DNA of 64,000 nucleotides from a phage: sequence record PQ724393.1; one strand, 5' to 3'. Shown piece by piece: positions 62,754 to 64,000 of this stretch (position 1 is its first letter; each line of letters starts with the position of its first letter). The notes under the pieces were generated by a model. It saw only the letters and a program-made list of their open reading frames with translations, ran no database searches and was not told where the DNA came from. The position numbers and the translations under genes were made by a program.

Positions 62754-63083
62754 CTAGAGTTGTACATCACTTCTGCAATATTCTAAAAATAATTTATCGT
62801 TGTCTACGGTATCCCAACGACGCCAAGATGGGTTCCAGACCAAAGCGTTGTCACCACAATCATTGAGCTTAAAATGGTCGTAGTACATAGCTATATGTCT
62901 GGTTTCGTCACCAGAGAACCCTAGTATAGGCTCACCATGAGTATGATACATATGATGGTGCATTGAGAGGTCGCATTTGTAAAACATCTCACGTTTACCA
63001 CGAATGAACAAGAAAGCTTGACCATTCATATAGAATTCTTTATCTGTTTTCAAAAGATATTTGAATACCGAATCTTTATGCAT
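62754..63083 (-). CDS. hypothetical His-rich protein (109 aa)
   Basis: Start reset to ATG 63083 with SD AGGAGGA; HHHMYHTHGEP cluster. Confidence 0.5.
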   Translation of the reverse strand: MHKDSVFKYLLKTDKEFYMNGQAFLFIRGKREMFYKCDLSMHHHMYHTHGEPILGFSGDETRHIAMYYDHFKLNDCGDNALVWNPSWRRWDTVDNDKLFLEYCRSDVQL

Positions 63084-63113
63084 AAGTCCTCCTACCACAT
63101 CCTTGTGGTTAAA

Positions 63114-63341
63114 TTATTTTCCTAACGAAACACGAGTAGGTTTTTTACCAAAATAGTCTTCATAAGACCCATCTAAACGACCTGCTTTAGACCGACAATA
63201 TGAATCGTACTTTTTGTAATAAGTCATCTCGGTATTATAACGCGGGTGTCTATCAGCCATAATAATACTTAACGGCCAACCTTTGGCATAATCGCGAAGA
63301 CCATTTATTTTACGAATGTATCTTTTCTTTAATTTTAGCAT
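63114..63341 (-). CDS. hypothetical basic protein (75 aa)
   Basis: Track ORF. Confidence 0.45.
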   Translation of the reverse strand: MLKLKKRYIRKINGLRDYAKGWPLSIIMADRHPRYNTEMTYYKKYDSYCRSKAGRLDGSYEDYFGKKPTRVSLGK

Positions 63342-63559
63342 GAGCTCGGATACCAGATTTTACCATCAGAACGAGCAACGAAGGTTCGGCCGGCTTCTTC
63401 GCCGTAACAAGAGCTATTCAGCCAATCTTCAAGACGAACTTCACCATCATAATCATCAAGCTCAACACCAAAATCTTGTGCAGAAGCCATATCTTTTACT
63501 TTCTTATACAGCGCAGCCAGTTCAAGAGCAGCTTTTTCTAATTCATTAATATCAGACAT
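63335..63559 (-). CDS. hypothetical acidic protein (74 aa), tandem paralog
   Basis: Shares DW...NSS..C C-terminus with 63569..63799. Confidence 0.5.
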   Translation of the reverse strand: MSDINELEKAALELAALYKKVKDMASAQDFGVELDDYDGEVRLEDWLNSSCYGEEAGRTFVARSDGKIWYPSSC

Positions 63560-63568
63560 TTTATTTCC

Positions 63569-63799
63569 TTAGCAAGACATAGAGGAGTTAAACCAGAAAC
63601 CCTGGCCATCATTGATACCGTAATCACTGCGAATCCAGTCATATTCTTCGTATTCTTCGCTAGAAGCCGGAATATAACGCTGGAAACGGTCTGCGGCGTG
63701 TAAATTAAAAATTTCGCCGGTTTTATCGGCCAGCTGCTCACCTTCACAGATTAGTGCACGGATTTGGTCTTCGATTTCTTTAACAGTTTTAGAAGTCAT
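63569..63799 (-). CDS. hypothetical acidic protein (76 aa), tandem paralog
   Basis: C-terminus GFWFNSSMSC; SD AAGG. Confidence 0.5.
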   Translation of the reverse strand: MTSKTVKEIEDQIRALICEGEQLADKTGEIFNLHAADRFQRYIPASSEEYEEYDWIRSDYGINDGQGFWFNSSMSC

Positions 63800-63808
63800 T
63801 TTATTACC

Positions 63809-64000
63809 TTAGCATTCGTAAGAGGAGGACACCCAAGAGGTACCACTAATTGTAATACAACCATTATAAAGCGTGATATGACGTTCCAGGTCACGAACAC
63901 CGTCGATATAGATATCAGCTTCTTCGCGTTCTTCTTTACAAATCTGGATAACGTTTTCAATAGCTGCGGCTGCAGTACGGATTGCACAATCTAGTTCACG
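63809..64000 (-). CDS. third tandem paralog, C-terminal part (gene starts beyond window end)
   Basis: Own translation ...CITISGTSWVSSSYEC ends like the two neighbours; track ORF 63796..63987 is a different frame. Confidence 0.4.
   Translation of the reverse strand, partial: RELDCAIRTAAAAIENVIQICKEEREEADIYIDGVRDLERHITLYNGCITISGTSWVSSSYEC

Noticed and set aside
63796-63987. Track ORF 63796..63987 (-)
   Set aside because: Overlaps the start of 63569..63799; the alternative frame ending at 63809 encodes a paralog-like C-terminus, so this frame is likely spurious.

Overview
This window is the early / DNA-metabolism region of a T4-like (Tevenvirinae-type) myovirus: AT-rich, densely packed, and transcribed almost entirely on the minus strand with frequent ATGA/TAATG start-stop overlaps. 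Recognisable genes follow the T4 order: rIIA (partial), fused topoisomerase gp39, dexA, dda, modA/modB-like ADP-ribosyltransferases, soc, 56, 61, sp, dmd, 41, 40, uvsX, 42, imm-like, 43, regA, 62, 44, 45, rpbA, 46, 47, 55, 49, nrdC, tk, regB, ipII, denV, ipIII, e and nudE. Identifications rest on my own reading of motifs and recalled T4 protein sequences; no database search was run. Relative to T4, no dam, beta-gt, alpha-gt or nrdD/nrdG homologues are seen at their expected positions, and gp39 is a single 605-aa ORF. The most interesting feature is a cassette around gene 42 (20563-24737): an unrecognised 297-aa ORF in the beta-gt slot, a P-loop kinase, a HAD phosphatase and a fused sugar-phosphate nucleotidyltransferase / kinase, which together look like an activated-sugar pathway for a non-glucose DNA hypermodification. 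Other notable items are a macro-domain protein, two Pol-beta-fold nucleotidyltransferase proteins, a 2OG-oxygenase-like protein, an HNH homing endonuclease, a family of about 20 near-identical early promoters with inverted repeats that would occlude the downstream ribosome-binding site, and a structured noncoding segment at 56798-56946. Several ORF-track starts read through promoters and were reset to internal ATGs with a Shine-Dalgarno (SD); ORFs under 60 aa not in the track were added where an SD and gene coupling support them, and their coordinates are hand-counted and may be off by a base or two.
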